Positions 12,988-24,801 of a stretch of DNA of 64,000 nucleotides are shown here, in pieces. Where the stretch lies: positions 4,836,001 to 4,900,000 of the forward strand of contig OZ059899.1 in the NCBI GenBank assembly GCA_964057225.1, read 5' to 3'. Every line of letters begins with the position of its first letter. Within the stretch, counting starts at the first letter, position 1. Under the pieces are notes generated by a model. It saw only the letters and a list, made by a program, of their open reading frames with translations, had not been told where the DNA came from and ran no database searches. The stretch is from Auanema rhodensis (taxonomy: Eukaryota > Animalia > Nematoda). The translations under genes were made by a program, and so were the position numbers.

Positions 12988-15900
12988 TTAGTAAATACTT
13001 AAGTTATTATTTTTCAATTGTAGACTTGTCAATATTCTTATTTTTTAATTATAGTTGTGATATATGGCACTCACTTGTTCTATTTAATTTAATGATTGTG
13101 ATTGTGATTTTTATTTAAGATACAGGTGAAATAATATCTACACAAACACATAACAATCAAACAACATTCAAGAGAGTTCAATTAAAATGAAAATTTTATT
13201 TTCAACCTGTATTACGGGTTACAACTCACATTTCCATTATTATATGCTAATTGTTTTTATACTAATTTTACACACATGGATATAACTAAAGCTTTTAATG
13301 GGAAAATTGCATCCATTTCAAATTGCGGAAATATCCAACTTAAAAGGTAAATTTCATTATTTTTTTTCAATGTAAGCTCAACTTTCAACAAAAACCAATT
13401 CTTCCTCTTTTTTTTTTATTTCCCTTTGTTTTATTGAAGTTAAACAAATGGAATTCTAAATATGCTATTTATAAAGATAACTTTCAACAATCTATATCGG
13501 AAATTCACATAGATGGCGAATTCAAAAATAAGTTGTTCTACATTTACGCTTAATTTTTTTTTGAGACAGACAGTGTTGAGCTATACTACGGTGGCTTTTA
13601 TTGCTTCTTATATATGTGATAATTGACGATATCGGATATTAAATTTTTGTAATATGTATGAATAGATTTCTTATCCGTTGTAGAACTTAATTGAAAACAT
13701 CGTAACAAGAAACAAATTAATTTTTTGTCGATATTTTTTTAAAAGGATGATTGTGGCATTACGAAGGAACACATTGTATTTAGCTAGCTGATTGTTGCCC
13801 TGGACGTAGACGACACTCTAATCGTGTAATTCTATTTGATGAAAGCAATTAGAGTCATTGGGGGTGCTTTTGCTACAAGTCTTCTCACACAAGTCTCTAC
13901 AGCTATTTGATTTTCAGTTGAGAGATTTTTGCAGCAAACTTAAAATCAAATGTTCACAGTTTCAACTGTTACAAACAATAACAGCTGAATATCATCTTCG
14001 ATTTTAGATTGCCTGGCAGTCTCTAGCTTGTTTATTCTTAACTGTAGCTCAAATCAGATATTTCATTCTTGTGGCTTAGCTCCTTTCAATATTCTAATCG
14101 TCCACAGAATGGTGTCAGATGAAGAAAAAGCTTTTTGCCTCAGAGATCGGCTACATGCCATTTCCGATCTGTCTCCTCTCTCCCGCTATCATTTTCCCTC
14201 CCTCTCGCTCTACTCTCGTCAACTATCTTCTCATTCGGCTGTTCACTTTTGCAGCTTCTCGATCAAGAAATTCTTTCATATTCGCTTATCGTCCCTCTTC
14301 TCCTCATCTGCCATATCCACCCTCTTCGTTTTTTCATTTCAACCGTCTTTTTCGTTTTCTTTTTCGTTCTCTTAATGTTGCTTTCACTTCGTCTTCATTT
14401 TCTTTTCTCGTCGTTTATTCCGTCTTCGACTTCTTCTGCTTCTCCTTCATCTTAGCTCGTATTCGGAGTTGTCTACCTCATGTTCTTCCTCCCAGCTCCG
14501 ATTACGGCAATTTGTTGAACACTACTATCCAAGCAGCAGCCTGAGTATCTAATTGACTGAAAGAGTGAAACGATGTAGAAGCCGACCACTTGCTACATCT
14601 TCTGATGGAGCAGTTCGATTCATCTTCCTTCTCTTCGTTCTACCTAGCTATCTCGGTCCGATTCTCTTCATGTTTATCATTCTGTATTAGCGTACTTTTC
14701 TAGTTTTATTTCTGATTCTCAGTAAATTTTAAAAAAATTTTAAAAGTACAATTCTAGTTTCATCTTATATTATCTTTCTATTTAAGTATATCATTTGATC
14801 TATTGTTTTTCATTTCAACACATTTTACATCTCTATATTAAGAAGATATATAATCCTTAAAAGCAGCTAACCAAGCTATTCTAATGACATCACTATATCG
14901 GAACAATCAGCTTAAAATTTGATAATTACGAAGTTGTATTGTTCTTTCCTATTCCATGTCTTTCATCTCTTCATCAGGATTTCTATTTGTTGCCTAATTT
15001 TATTCTTTTTCTTTATTTAGTATCGCTCTCTTCTCACACTGTGTTCTATCATGGTTTCAACTAAATAACTATAACAATATAGAATAATAAAACCCTTCCT
15101 GGCACTATTTTTGACAATTCAAAAGTTCTTTCCGATTACTTAATATCAGTTTTAGGTGAACTAATAAAATAGCGTTCTTGGAAGTGATTCTTAGATACAT
15201 CTTGAAACCTCATCAAGACTTAATCCAACTTTAAGTCAAAGAATATCCTAATGAGGTTCAAAATGACTTTTGTTCTTCTCACTATTTCTCTAATGCTTTC
15301 TAAGAACAAACACGTGCTTTTCAAGTTAACCAATTATGAACATTTGCTAGTTTTCAATCTCTTTGAGTTTGGATATTAAATGTTCTACATAAGAACATCA
15401 TTGTTCTAGTTTCCACAAGAAAAAAAAGAAAAGTTTTATCTTTCGTTCCTTAAATCGTCTATCTTTTTGTTCAAATTTGTCAATAAAATTAGAAAAAATA
15501 TATATTCAATTCGTCATATGGCATTTTTATTTTTATTTTAATCTATGTTAATAATCAAATGACGCAAAATTACCTTTTAACTTATTTTCAAGGTAAAAAA
15601 ATCTTTGTTGCATTCTTCATTTTTACTATGAAGTTAATTAATCTGCCTAGTAATCAATATTTTTTCTATTTTTTCATCTTAATTTTGAGATAAAATAAGA
15701 TATAGCATTTTTAAAAAATAATGTGAAAGATTAATATATGTATAAATATGGAAATATAAATTATCAGATATAAACACATATAAAGATATGCTTAATCGTC
15801 ATTTTCATTTTAGTTAATTAACCTTCAAAGAAAAAAAATATTTTTATTTAGCTAATAAAATTCATAAGGACCTATGATTTTTGAACAATAGGCTTTTTTC

Positions 15901-16782
15901 TTAAAATATATTAAGCGAAGTTACATTCTTTCGGGCTAGTTCAGGTCATTCAGTTATAATTATTTAATTCATTAAGCCTATTTTATAATCGCAAACGAAA
16001 AAGTTAGATAGAGATAGTGAGAGGGAAATAAAAGGAAAAAGCAATGAGTGGATATAGAAAATAAAGAGAGCAAAAGAGAAATTAGGAAAAGAGAGAGAGA
16101 AAGAACAAATTGATGAGTCGAGAACTTTGCGTTCAACATCGATACTCTCACATCCTTCATGTCTTGATTGCACATACATCTATATTTTCAGTTTGCGAAC
16201 GAAATGAATATTTTACTGCGAAATTCTATTCATGACCATATTCGGCTTAATCTTCTTCATATTCGTCTTGCTCTTGTTTCTTAACTACAAACGACATTGT
16301 CCTGTGTTGTCCCGTTGCTTTCAGTCCACCGCTCACCCTCTCTTTCTCCATCTCTCTCTTCATCTCTCCGTCTCCTTTGCCAGTTAGTCTGTTCCTATTT
16401 CTTAGCTTTTTCTGTGTTCTTGAAACTTTCTATGTCTGTGTTTCACATCCGTTGAATTTTTCTTTAAAAAAAAACCTCGTTTTAATTGCTCCCTTTTGTG
16501 AAATTACATTAACATGCTATATATATATATAATATATAATATAATATATATGTAGCATATCCACAATATAAGTATATATCTCTTCTCAACCAATTTCTCT
16601 CTTTTCTGTCGTTATCACTCACTTGGTCACACACGTACTTCTTCATTTACTCTGAGAATTGCTTAGAAATTCTAGTGTAGAACCAGCGGATCAATGAGCT
16701 CAATTTTTCATTAATCTCCTTCTGTACTTTCTCTTCATGCGAGTATTTTTGAAATTAATATGAAACAGTTATAGTCGTCGCC

Positions 16783-17757
16783 ATGTCTGATACATCGTTG
16801 CATGTGGAAAAACAATTTTCTCTCTGTGGTCTCGGATTACGAGCTGCCGTAATCTTGTGCACCTTAGCGCAAATGTTTTTTTGCGCTTCGACGGGGTAAG
16901 AAATTGCATTGAGCTAAACGCACTTTGATATCTTCACAATTCATATTCTACATTGAAATTTCTTTAGAATTTCCTATAAACATCTTCTTGAATCCACGAC
17001 GATTGTCTCAATTCTCTTCTTTATACATCTGATCTGCTCCATCATGGCTCTTATATTCTTTGTTTTCTGTTTAATTCAAAGAAAGTTTGGGACATCATAC
17101 GAAGTACTTCTGCATGCGTATCTTCTGAGTATTGTAAGTATATTCGTACAATGAAGAATGAAACTGTCCAAAAATAGTTCAGACGTCCGTTTAAAAGGAT
17201 TCAAGTAAATCAAAAAAATAGTTGCAAAAACATGAAAATTTCTATTTACGCTTCCATTTTTTTTACATAAATGAAATAATATTAAGTATGTTAAAATCAA
17301 CATATGCCAAGTATCCTAGGTGATGAAATGATATACTAGAGATTTCATGAGAAATATTCAGATAAAGTTAAAATATGCACTCTTCTTGACCTTTGAAATA
17401 TATGATTTTTACCTACACATAATGTCAAACCATAAGTTGTACCCAAAAATGGAAAAAGTGAAGCATTACTTCAAAAAATGTCATTGAATTCGAATAAACC
17501 TAGAGTCATTTCAGCTTCTGATGGCTCTTACTTCTTTTTTTGGCGTTATGTATTTACCGCTGTCATTTCTTCAGCAGGCACATTCTATTAGTGAGGGTAA
17601 CTCCTAAGATTTAACGTCATCAAATAATAAACTTTCCTTTTTAGGCGTTCATTATGCTTTTCTCTTAGCAGCAGCCAGTGGTCTATTAGCTTTACAGTTC
17701 CTTCAACGCAATCTTGTTGAGCAGATGTTACCTATTATGGAACATTCTTTTCGTTAA
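16783..17757 (+). CDS. Small 4-exon multi-pass (about 4 TM) membrane protein of unknown function
   Basis: Phase-consistent GT-AG exons give MSDTSLHVEKQFSLCGLGLRAAVILCTLAQMFFCASTG|ISYKHLL...ILFFIHLICSIMALIFFVFCLIQRKFGTSYEVLLHAYLLSI|LLMALTSFFGVMYLPLSF...|VHYAFLLAAASGLLALQFLQRNLVEQMLPIMEHSFR*. Start context is gccATG. Confidence 0.8.
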
Positions 17758-18092
17758 TGTTTAAATGCTAATTTGTAAAAATATAATACAAAATCACTAA
17801 GATCACATTGAATTTCATTTAAATTAATGATTTATACCTATAGTTGATTTTATCTTATCAATATCGTTGTTTCTTCTATATGAATTGAATAGGCTTTATG
17901 ATTTCTAATTCACAAATTTTAATTCAAAAACTTCACAGAAAGGGTGTTTTCTCAGATCAATTTTATCGTTACAACATTTATATATTGTTTAAAAAAAGAA
18001 AAATTAGGCTCAATTAGACTACTCTATATGCAATACTATTTCAGCATTCTCAAAATAAATATTTTTAAGCATTTTTATAATATAAACAAGTG

Positions 18093-19862
18093 TTATTTAG
18101 AGATTCTACTTCTTAAGCATGTCAAAAGCTGATTAAAGTTGTCGTTTGATCCAACAAGTAACTCAAATTCTACTGTTCTTTCGTTTAAAAACAACAATGA
18201 AAACTTCAATAAAACCGTTTTTACTTCCCTATGAGAATTTTCTCCGCCTATATCTCTGGATGGATTTTTTCTTGAAGTGCACATAATTTTCCTCGAGTTC
18301 CCGCTAAAAGAAAACAATTGTTGAATCGTGAGCAATAATTAAGTAATACGATTGATTCATTTGATTTTGATGACTTTTCAATCTCCTTTTTCTTCTTAAA
18401 TTCAACCAAGTACAAGCAGCTGCTTCGCAAATGAACTACAATATGTTTTTACTGAATGAAAACAAATCAAATGAATACCTTAAATTCATCAGTTGCCTCA
18501 TATTTTATTTCAAGCTTATCTAACTCTCTCTGCACATTTCGGGTTATGTCTCCTTGACAAATATGTACAGATGATATTTTTAATTGTGAGATAATTTTCT
18601 GACAAAAAAAACAAAATCTCACTTAATATAAAACCCGTACCTCTAATCTAATTTTCTCGCAAAACGTCCAAACGATAACCCAACGTTGAGTTCTACCTTG
18701 ACACAAAGTATTAACTTTGTGTTTAACACCAACAAGCTGGTTCAAACGACCCAATATGATTTTCAAACTAGATTTTTTTCCCAACATTGATGAGAAAATC
18801 CTCGAATAAAAGATTCTTACTTTCTTTCCTATTTTAATGTTACCAACTTGATTCTACTAGCGAAAGTTATACTGTCTTCTATCATTTGTAGAACAAACGT
18901 CTCTTCTCCTCCCTCTACTTCTAATTCATTAAGCCTGGCTACAGTACTTGAACGAGGAAGACTTCGCGAGTCGGATCTTGCACTTCCAGCATCTGGTAAA
19001 TTACTTAAATGCTCCGAAGATATTTGAACGGGAAAGCGCTAAAAAATCGATTCAGATTTATCAAAATATTTTTGAAACCTGAGCTGCCTCATCTTGTTCA
19101 AAAAAGGGAGGATTACATAATGAGAATGAGAACTGCTTCTCAGGATACTTATCGAAAATTTCCTATAAAAACATTTGAAGATATCACAAAGATAATAATA
19201 TTTTTAATAAAACCTGGAAAATAGTATTTTTTGATACTTGCAGGACTTTTATTTGCTTTTCCAAAGAATTATTTTTCACATTCTCGTTAGCTACTTCAAT
19301 TGATGATGTTTCAATATCAGTCCCAATAAAAGACCAGCCAAATCGTTTAGCACCCAAAAGAGAATAAACAGAGGAAGCTCCAGTTCCTGTAACCTTCGCA
19401 AAGGAATAATAATTACAAGCATTAAGCAAAGAAAAGTAATTGGAAATTTATAAAAACCTATATCAATTCCATTTACATCATTACACATATCATTCATGAG
19501 AAGTATATCTTCTACCAGTAGCAAATAGTTCATTTTTTGAGGAATTCGAGGAACAAGACAACCAATTGGTAAATTAACCTGAGAAACCATTGGTACTTGG
19601 TAAATATAATAACTCTTACATTTAATCCAAAGTCGTTATGGAACATAGCAATTGTTAGCAATCTGATGGCCTTATCTTCGAAAAAATTTAAATGAATCTA
19701 TATTGAATAGTTTTTTCAATCCATCACGCCTACACAAACTTTTCCATTGTTTCCTAACGTACAGTATTTTCTCAGTTCTGGGTATTTGATAGCTAACGCT
19801 TTAAAATCAGGGGGATCACTTTTATAAGGATTTCGAGGATGCATTGACATATTAAAACTCAT
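18093..19862 (-). CDS. mett-10: METTL16-family U6 snRNA / mRNA m6A methyltransferase
   Basis: MHPRNPY..PPDFKALA, LVPRIPQKMNY, GIDIGTGASSVYSLLG, GTDI, catalytic CNPPFF, VEGGEETFV, SSMLGKKSSL, QGRTQRWVIVWTF. Confidence 0.92.
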
Positions 19863-20524
19863 TTTAATTTATCCTTTTCCACATAGCATTTTCTGAAATT
19901 AAAAAAAACTGAATCAAGCAAACAGAATTTTTAAATTATGTAAGCATAAACTTCCTTTTTCAATAATAAACAATATTATACTAATTATATTGAATATACA
20001 ACTAAAACAGTTAGAATACTATTTTAATTAAATATGAGGATTAGAAAATAGTATATAGAATAGAAAATATTATGTTAACTGCTAGTTTACCTCTTTGAGA
20101 AGTTTTAAATAAATACGCAAAGTTTCGAATTTTTTAAAATTCCGTTTGGCTTGCCTGCGTACACATACATATTCAAGTTTCTGACGTGGATTGCTGCTAA
20201 GTTTTCCTCTAATTATAAGATCATTCTGCTTTTTCTCAACTACTGAATTATTTGAATTGTTTTTGATATAGAGGTTTAAGTTAGTACATGAAATCTATTC
20301 CGGTTGCTATTTTAAAGTTTTAATATATGTGCATTTGTGTTTAGTGATTTTCAGTTATTCTTTCCAAACTCGTTATTATCAGAGTTGAATTGTTTCTAAC
20401 TTGAATCAAGTCTCATTACTAGCTCTTCTAAACAACGAATTTTCTTTATTTTGACGTTAATTTGTTACTTCAAGATATGATCATATAGTTATATTGAATC
20501 ATTTTAGCTTTTATCTATTTAAAA

Positions 20525-21479
20525 ATGTCAGAAATGTGGGAAGGTAAATTTAGATTATTAATCTAGTTTTTATATCCTTCTCTTGTCTTTCAGATCTGCG
20601 CAAACGAGCGAGAGCTACAGAAAATTCCATAGATGTAAAACTAGTATCTTTGAATAAGTTGAATTCACATACAGGTTGTAAAAATTTCAAATCCATAACA
20701 ATAGTTCCTTGATTTTATAGCTCATGAAAAAAGTATGAATAGCAGACAAGCGGTATTTGATACATTAACTGAAGAAATCGATGCTTTATTAACTAAGCTT
20801 GGTAATATTAACGATGAAGTATGTGAGCATAATTAAGCTGCCTCTTAAAATAGCATTATCAGATGAATGATGTAGTGGGAGCACAATCTTCAATAGGATG
20901 GGCACAAAACCCAGCTGTGCAACATACTTTAAGACGCCATCGAGAAATTCTTAGAGATTACGGGATAGAATTTAGAAGAGCTAAAGATAACGTGTATCAG
21001 CAGCTTCAGAGGTAATAATGTTAGTTTGGTACTGAAAATAGTTATTTTTCAGAGAATCTCTTCTTGCTAGCTCAACAAGCGAAGGAGCATGTCTTAATAA
21101 CAGAATGAAAACGTCTGATTTATATCTCAAAGAAAGCGAACATATATCAAGCTGCACGATTTTACTCGATGAACAAATGGAGTAAGTTTTCCGCTTTACT
21201 GTTTGAACAGTTTTTTTTGTATTGCAGGATAGCTATGGCAACGAAAGAAAATCTTACTAGGCAAAGTAATAGTCTCCGAGGAATAACTAAGAAGATAAGG
21301 GAAATATCACGTAATATGTATTTATTTATGGTACTTCTGATACTTTTGTTTCAGATAAATATCCAATGCTTAATAATATAATGCAGAAAATTTCTCATAA
21401 AAAGAGAAAAGACACTGTGATAATGGCAGCTGTAATATCACTGTGTCTTATATTCATGATTTACTACATGGCTCATTAA
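20525..21479 (+). CDS. gos-28: Golgi SNARE GOSR1/Gos28
   Basis: WEDLRKRARATENSIDVKLVSLNKL...HTLRRHREILRDYGIEF...DLYLKESEHI...IAMATKENL...KYPMLNNIMQKI..KKRKDTVIMAAVISLCLIFMIYY (C-terminal TM). Confidence 0.93.
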
Positions 21480-21902
21480 ATTATCTAATGAAATATCTAT
21501 TCTAGGCTTTTTCTGGTATGTATATCATCTAAACTTTCATCTCATTATAACAACTATTTTTCAATCTAATTTTGAGAATTACGAAAAACAATTTTTTTTG
21601 CATAAATTAAATCGAATTCATGATTATATCTAAAGTTTTAAGGGCTAGGTATTCGTGATTAACAAATTTGTTTTAAGTGGGTATTATATCCAACAAACGC
21701 TGTCGTAAATCTTCAGATGTTGGACTTGTATAACAGTATATAATTATTGTGATATGTATTTAATTGTTTTGCCTTGTACACATTTTTATTTTATTTATAA
21801 ATATTAAATTATGTTTAAACTAATTTTCTTTTTTTTTTGGTTGATGACCTCTTCTTGATATATTTCAATACTATGCGTCGAGGTAAAGTCTTAAATCGCA
21901 GT

Positions 21903-22859
21903 ATGTCCTCTTCTCTTCGTGCTGTAATTTGCCCTTCAATTTTGAATGCTGACTTAGCAAATCTGGCATCCGAATGCCGGAAACTTTTGACTAATGGGGC
22001 TGACTGGCTTCATCTTGACGTGAGTCAATTCTTTTTACGGCTTGTATAGGAAGTTTCACGAATAGGTGATGGATGGAAACTTTGTTCCAAACTTGTCGTT
22101 TGGACATCCTGTCGTTGAATCTTTGAGAAAAAGCTTGGGTACTGAACCTTTCTTCGATGTTCATTTAATGGTTTTGTTAATGTTAATTATCAGTTACATT
22201 ATCCAGAATAATAGGTTAGTGATCCTGACTTCTGGGTAGAACCTATGGCAAAAGCTGGCGCCAGTCAATTCACATTTCATTGGGAAGCTGCCCATGAAAA
22301 GGGCGGACACCAAGCAGTTAATTGTCTTATTGAGAAGGTATGAATTATTTCTTTTTTTCTAATTCATAATTTTAAGATTAAACAACATGGTATGAAAGTT
22401 GGACTTGCCATTAAGCCGGGAACTTCTGTTGAAAGAATTTTGCAGTAACTTTTCTAGTTGTAGTAATGTTATAATACGGTTTAGATACGTCGAGTCAATT
22501 GATACTGCTTTGATAATGACTGTTGAACCTGGATTTGGCGGACAGAAATTCATGGAAAGCATGATGGAGAAGGTTTCATCGCTAGAGACGTATGTGAATA
22601 CGGCCATATTTTAGGTTAGCACTATTCGTACTAAATATCCTTCTCTGAATATTCAAGTCGATGGAGGTATCTCTCCATCAAATATCGAGGTAAGCCTAGT
22701 CGATTTAAAAATGTCGATGAATTAGAAATTCAGATTTCCGCTAATGCTGGCGCTAATCTGATTGTTTCTGGAACTGGTGTTATCAGAGCTCCCGATCAAG
22801 CAGAGGCTATGAACGTCATGAGAGAATCTGTGAAACTTGGAATTGAGAAAAGATTATAA
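21903..22859 (+). CDS. Ribulose-phosphate 3-epimerase (possible in-frame upstream ATG at 21873)
   Basis: [13 protein letters not shown]...[21 protein letters not shown]...FDVHLMV...FTFHWE...GLAIKPGT...[15 protein letters not shown]...IQVDGG...[10 protein letters not shown]. Confidence 0.95.
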
Positions 22860-22959
22860 TTTTATAGAAAAGGACTTTGGTCCTGCGACGGAAACATTCC
22901 TCCAATTATTGTTATGTTTTACAAAATAATAGTTTTATTTAAGTTGTTTCAAATCTTAC

Positions 22960-24377
22960 TTAAGACATAAGTTCAACATCTTCTTTTAATTTGCTTTGTT
23001 GGTAAGTATTCCAAACTTCAAAAATGAATTTTTCGGGAAAATCGAAAGGAGCCAGATCAGTCTTAACATCAAAAGTAGAACTATAAGCTCGGCTTCTTGT
23101 TACTTACCTTCTTCAGCTCATCGGTCAAGTCAAAAACATTCTTACTTCTTTGGGTAACCTCTAGCAATGAGAGGGCGAGTTGATTGTCATGAATTCCTAT
23201 ATATCCTTCTAGTAATTCATTAATTTTAGCTATCCATCCATCGTTCACTCCAATTTTCTAAATATGTATAAATGTTCTTTAGAGCAATATAATTTATCAT
23301 CACTTCGATTACAAGTCCTCCTCCAGGTTTTATTCGAATCGTCTCCGTGCCTCTGATTGTTTTTCCACCATTAAATATTGAGCGGGGTTGTAGAAATCCT
23401 ATTTGATATTGAATAGGAGAAATTAGTCTCATTGTAAATCTGTACAAATCACAATATTGAACCTAACAGGCTATCAGCCCTAGTACCTAGTATCGAGAGG
23501 AATCTGACGAAACATGCGAGCAACTTCAAAATGGCGTAAGCCAATCACGTCTACGCCATTTATTTTTTCTATCAATTGACCGACAGAAACATTTGGGCGA
23601 AGTTTATCTATGGACTATTTGTTATATTCATCTGCTAACATTGTTACCTAGAGTACTATATTTTGCAATATGTTTTATGAAACAACGACAAAGCCCATTA
23701 TCAGCTATTGTTACACCAAGTGACCTAAATAAAGTTTCGTGAATAATTTATTTTTATACTTACTTTTGCGTTTTAATAACTTCTATCTCATAAGGCTGTC
23801 CTGCAATATGAACAAATAATAAATCGTCACTCATCATGGTTCCATTAAACAAGAATTCCATATTCGGCTAAAAAAATTTAGTTTTAAATTTTTTTCAAAT
23901 TATTTCTAAAACTTTGAAAGTGTTCACAGTACAGAAAATGATGTCGTCTTGACTGATATCAAAAGCATCGGCAATTTTCTAAGATTATGTTGCTGAGTTT
24001 AAGATTCTAAAAATTTAATTACCTCAAATAATTCAAGCATACTTGTGTAGTCTGAAATAATTGCAGTTGGAGATCCGTGAGCTAGCTGACAAGAAATTTT
24101 TACAGATTTCTGCTTATCTAAAAAATCATGTTGTAGGAGTAAAACTATAATTTTTCAAAGTTTTGCCTAGCTGTTCCTGAATTTCTGAACGAATAGCATT
24201 TGTTAATACTGTAGAGTTATTACAGGTTACATTAGTATCGATAACTTCTTGTATATACGAGCGATTATGTCCCTTTCTCGCCAGACTGCGTGACCGTCTA
24301 CGAACACGAGATCTGTAATAAAACTGAACAAAGTTTTAAAATATATATTTGAATCACCTGCTTCTTCGTTTTGACAT
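22960..24377 (-). CDS. GIPC-family PDZ protein (gipc-1/gipc-2-like)
   Basis: CQLAHGSPT (GH1 domain), IADAFDISQDDIIFCTVNT, PDZ SLGVTIADNG...VGQLIEKING..VIGLRHFEVARMF, GH2 LEGYIGIHDNQLA...FDFPEKFIFEVW. Confidence 0.88.
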
Positions 24378-24801
24378 TATTCTTCGAACTTTGTAGTTTT
24401 CAACCAGTTAGTATAATGGCAGTAAGTGAAAATGACTCATGCATCCACATTTCACGTAATTTTCACGTTGATTTCTTTATTTCAAAGCAAGGTGACATTA
24501 GCGTGTTTTTCCAGACTCATAAAATTTAGTTCATATTCGTGGCATCGTTTTACTTATATTATATATTCATTTATATTGGATCTTTATATTAAGTTGTTTA
24601 AACTTCTCAATATTTCCCTGTTTATTCTTTCAATGTCGTCATCTGTATCATTTTGCGATCTCGAAACATCTTGCAATCCTAGCTAGATACGTAAAACAGG
24701 CTTCTTCTTTCTTCAGTTTTGGCTTTTACTGCCCCGCCCAAGCGGTTCAATTGCTTTGTTTGTCCGAAGAAAGAATCACAATTTTCAAGAAGCTGATTCA
24801 A

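Noticed and set aside
14463-14501. let-7 seed (CTACCTCA / TGAGGTAG) inside a short stem
   Set aside because: The seed lies in an unpaired loop, so it is not a pre-miRNA arm. It is not in a known 3' UTR, and one 8-mer in 64 kb is expected by chance.
14028-14544. Three overlapping Phe/Ser/Leu-rich ORFs
   Set aside because: Open in all three frames because CT-rich sequence lacks stop codons; no splice structure or homology.
14652-14700. CTCGGTCCGA...TTTATC resembling a Y RNA/sbRNA 5' end
   Set aside because: No complementary TTGACCG 3' strand to close the stem.
17320-17392. Possible intronic C/D snoRNA (GTGATGA box C)
   Set aside because: No CTGA box D at a suitable distance and no recognisable guide.
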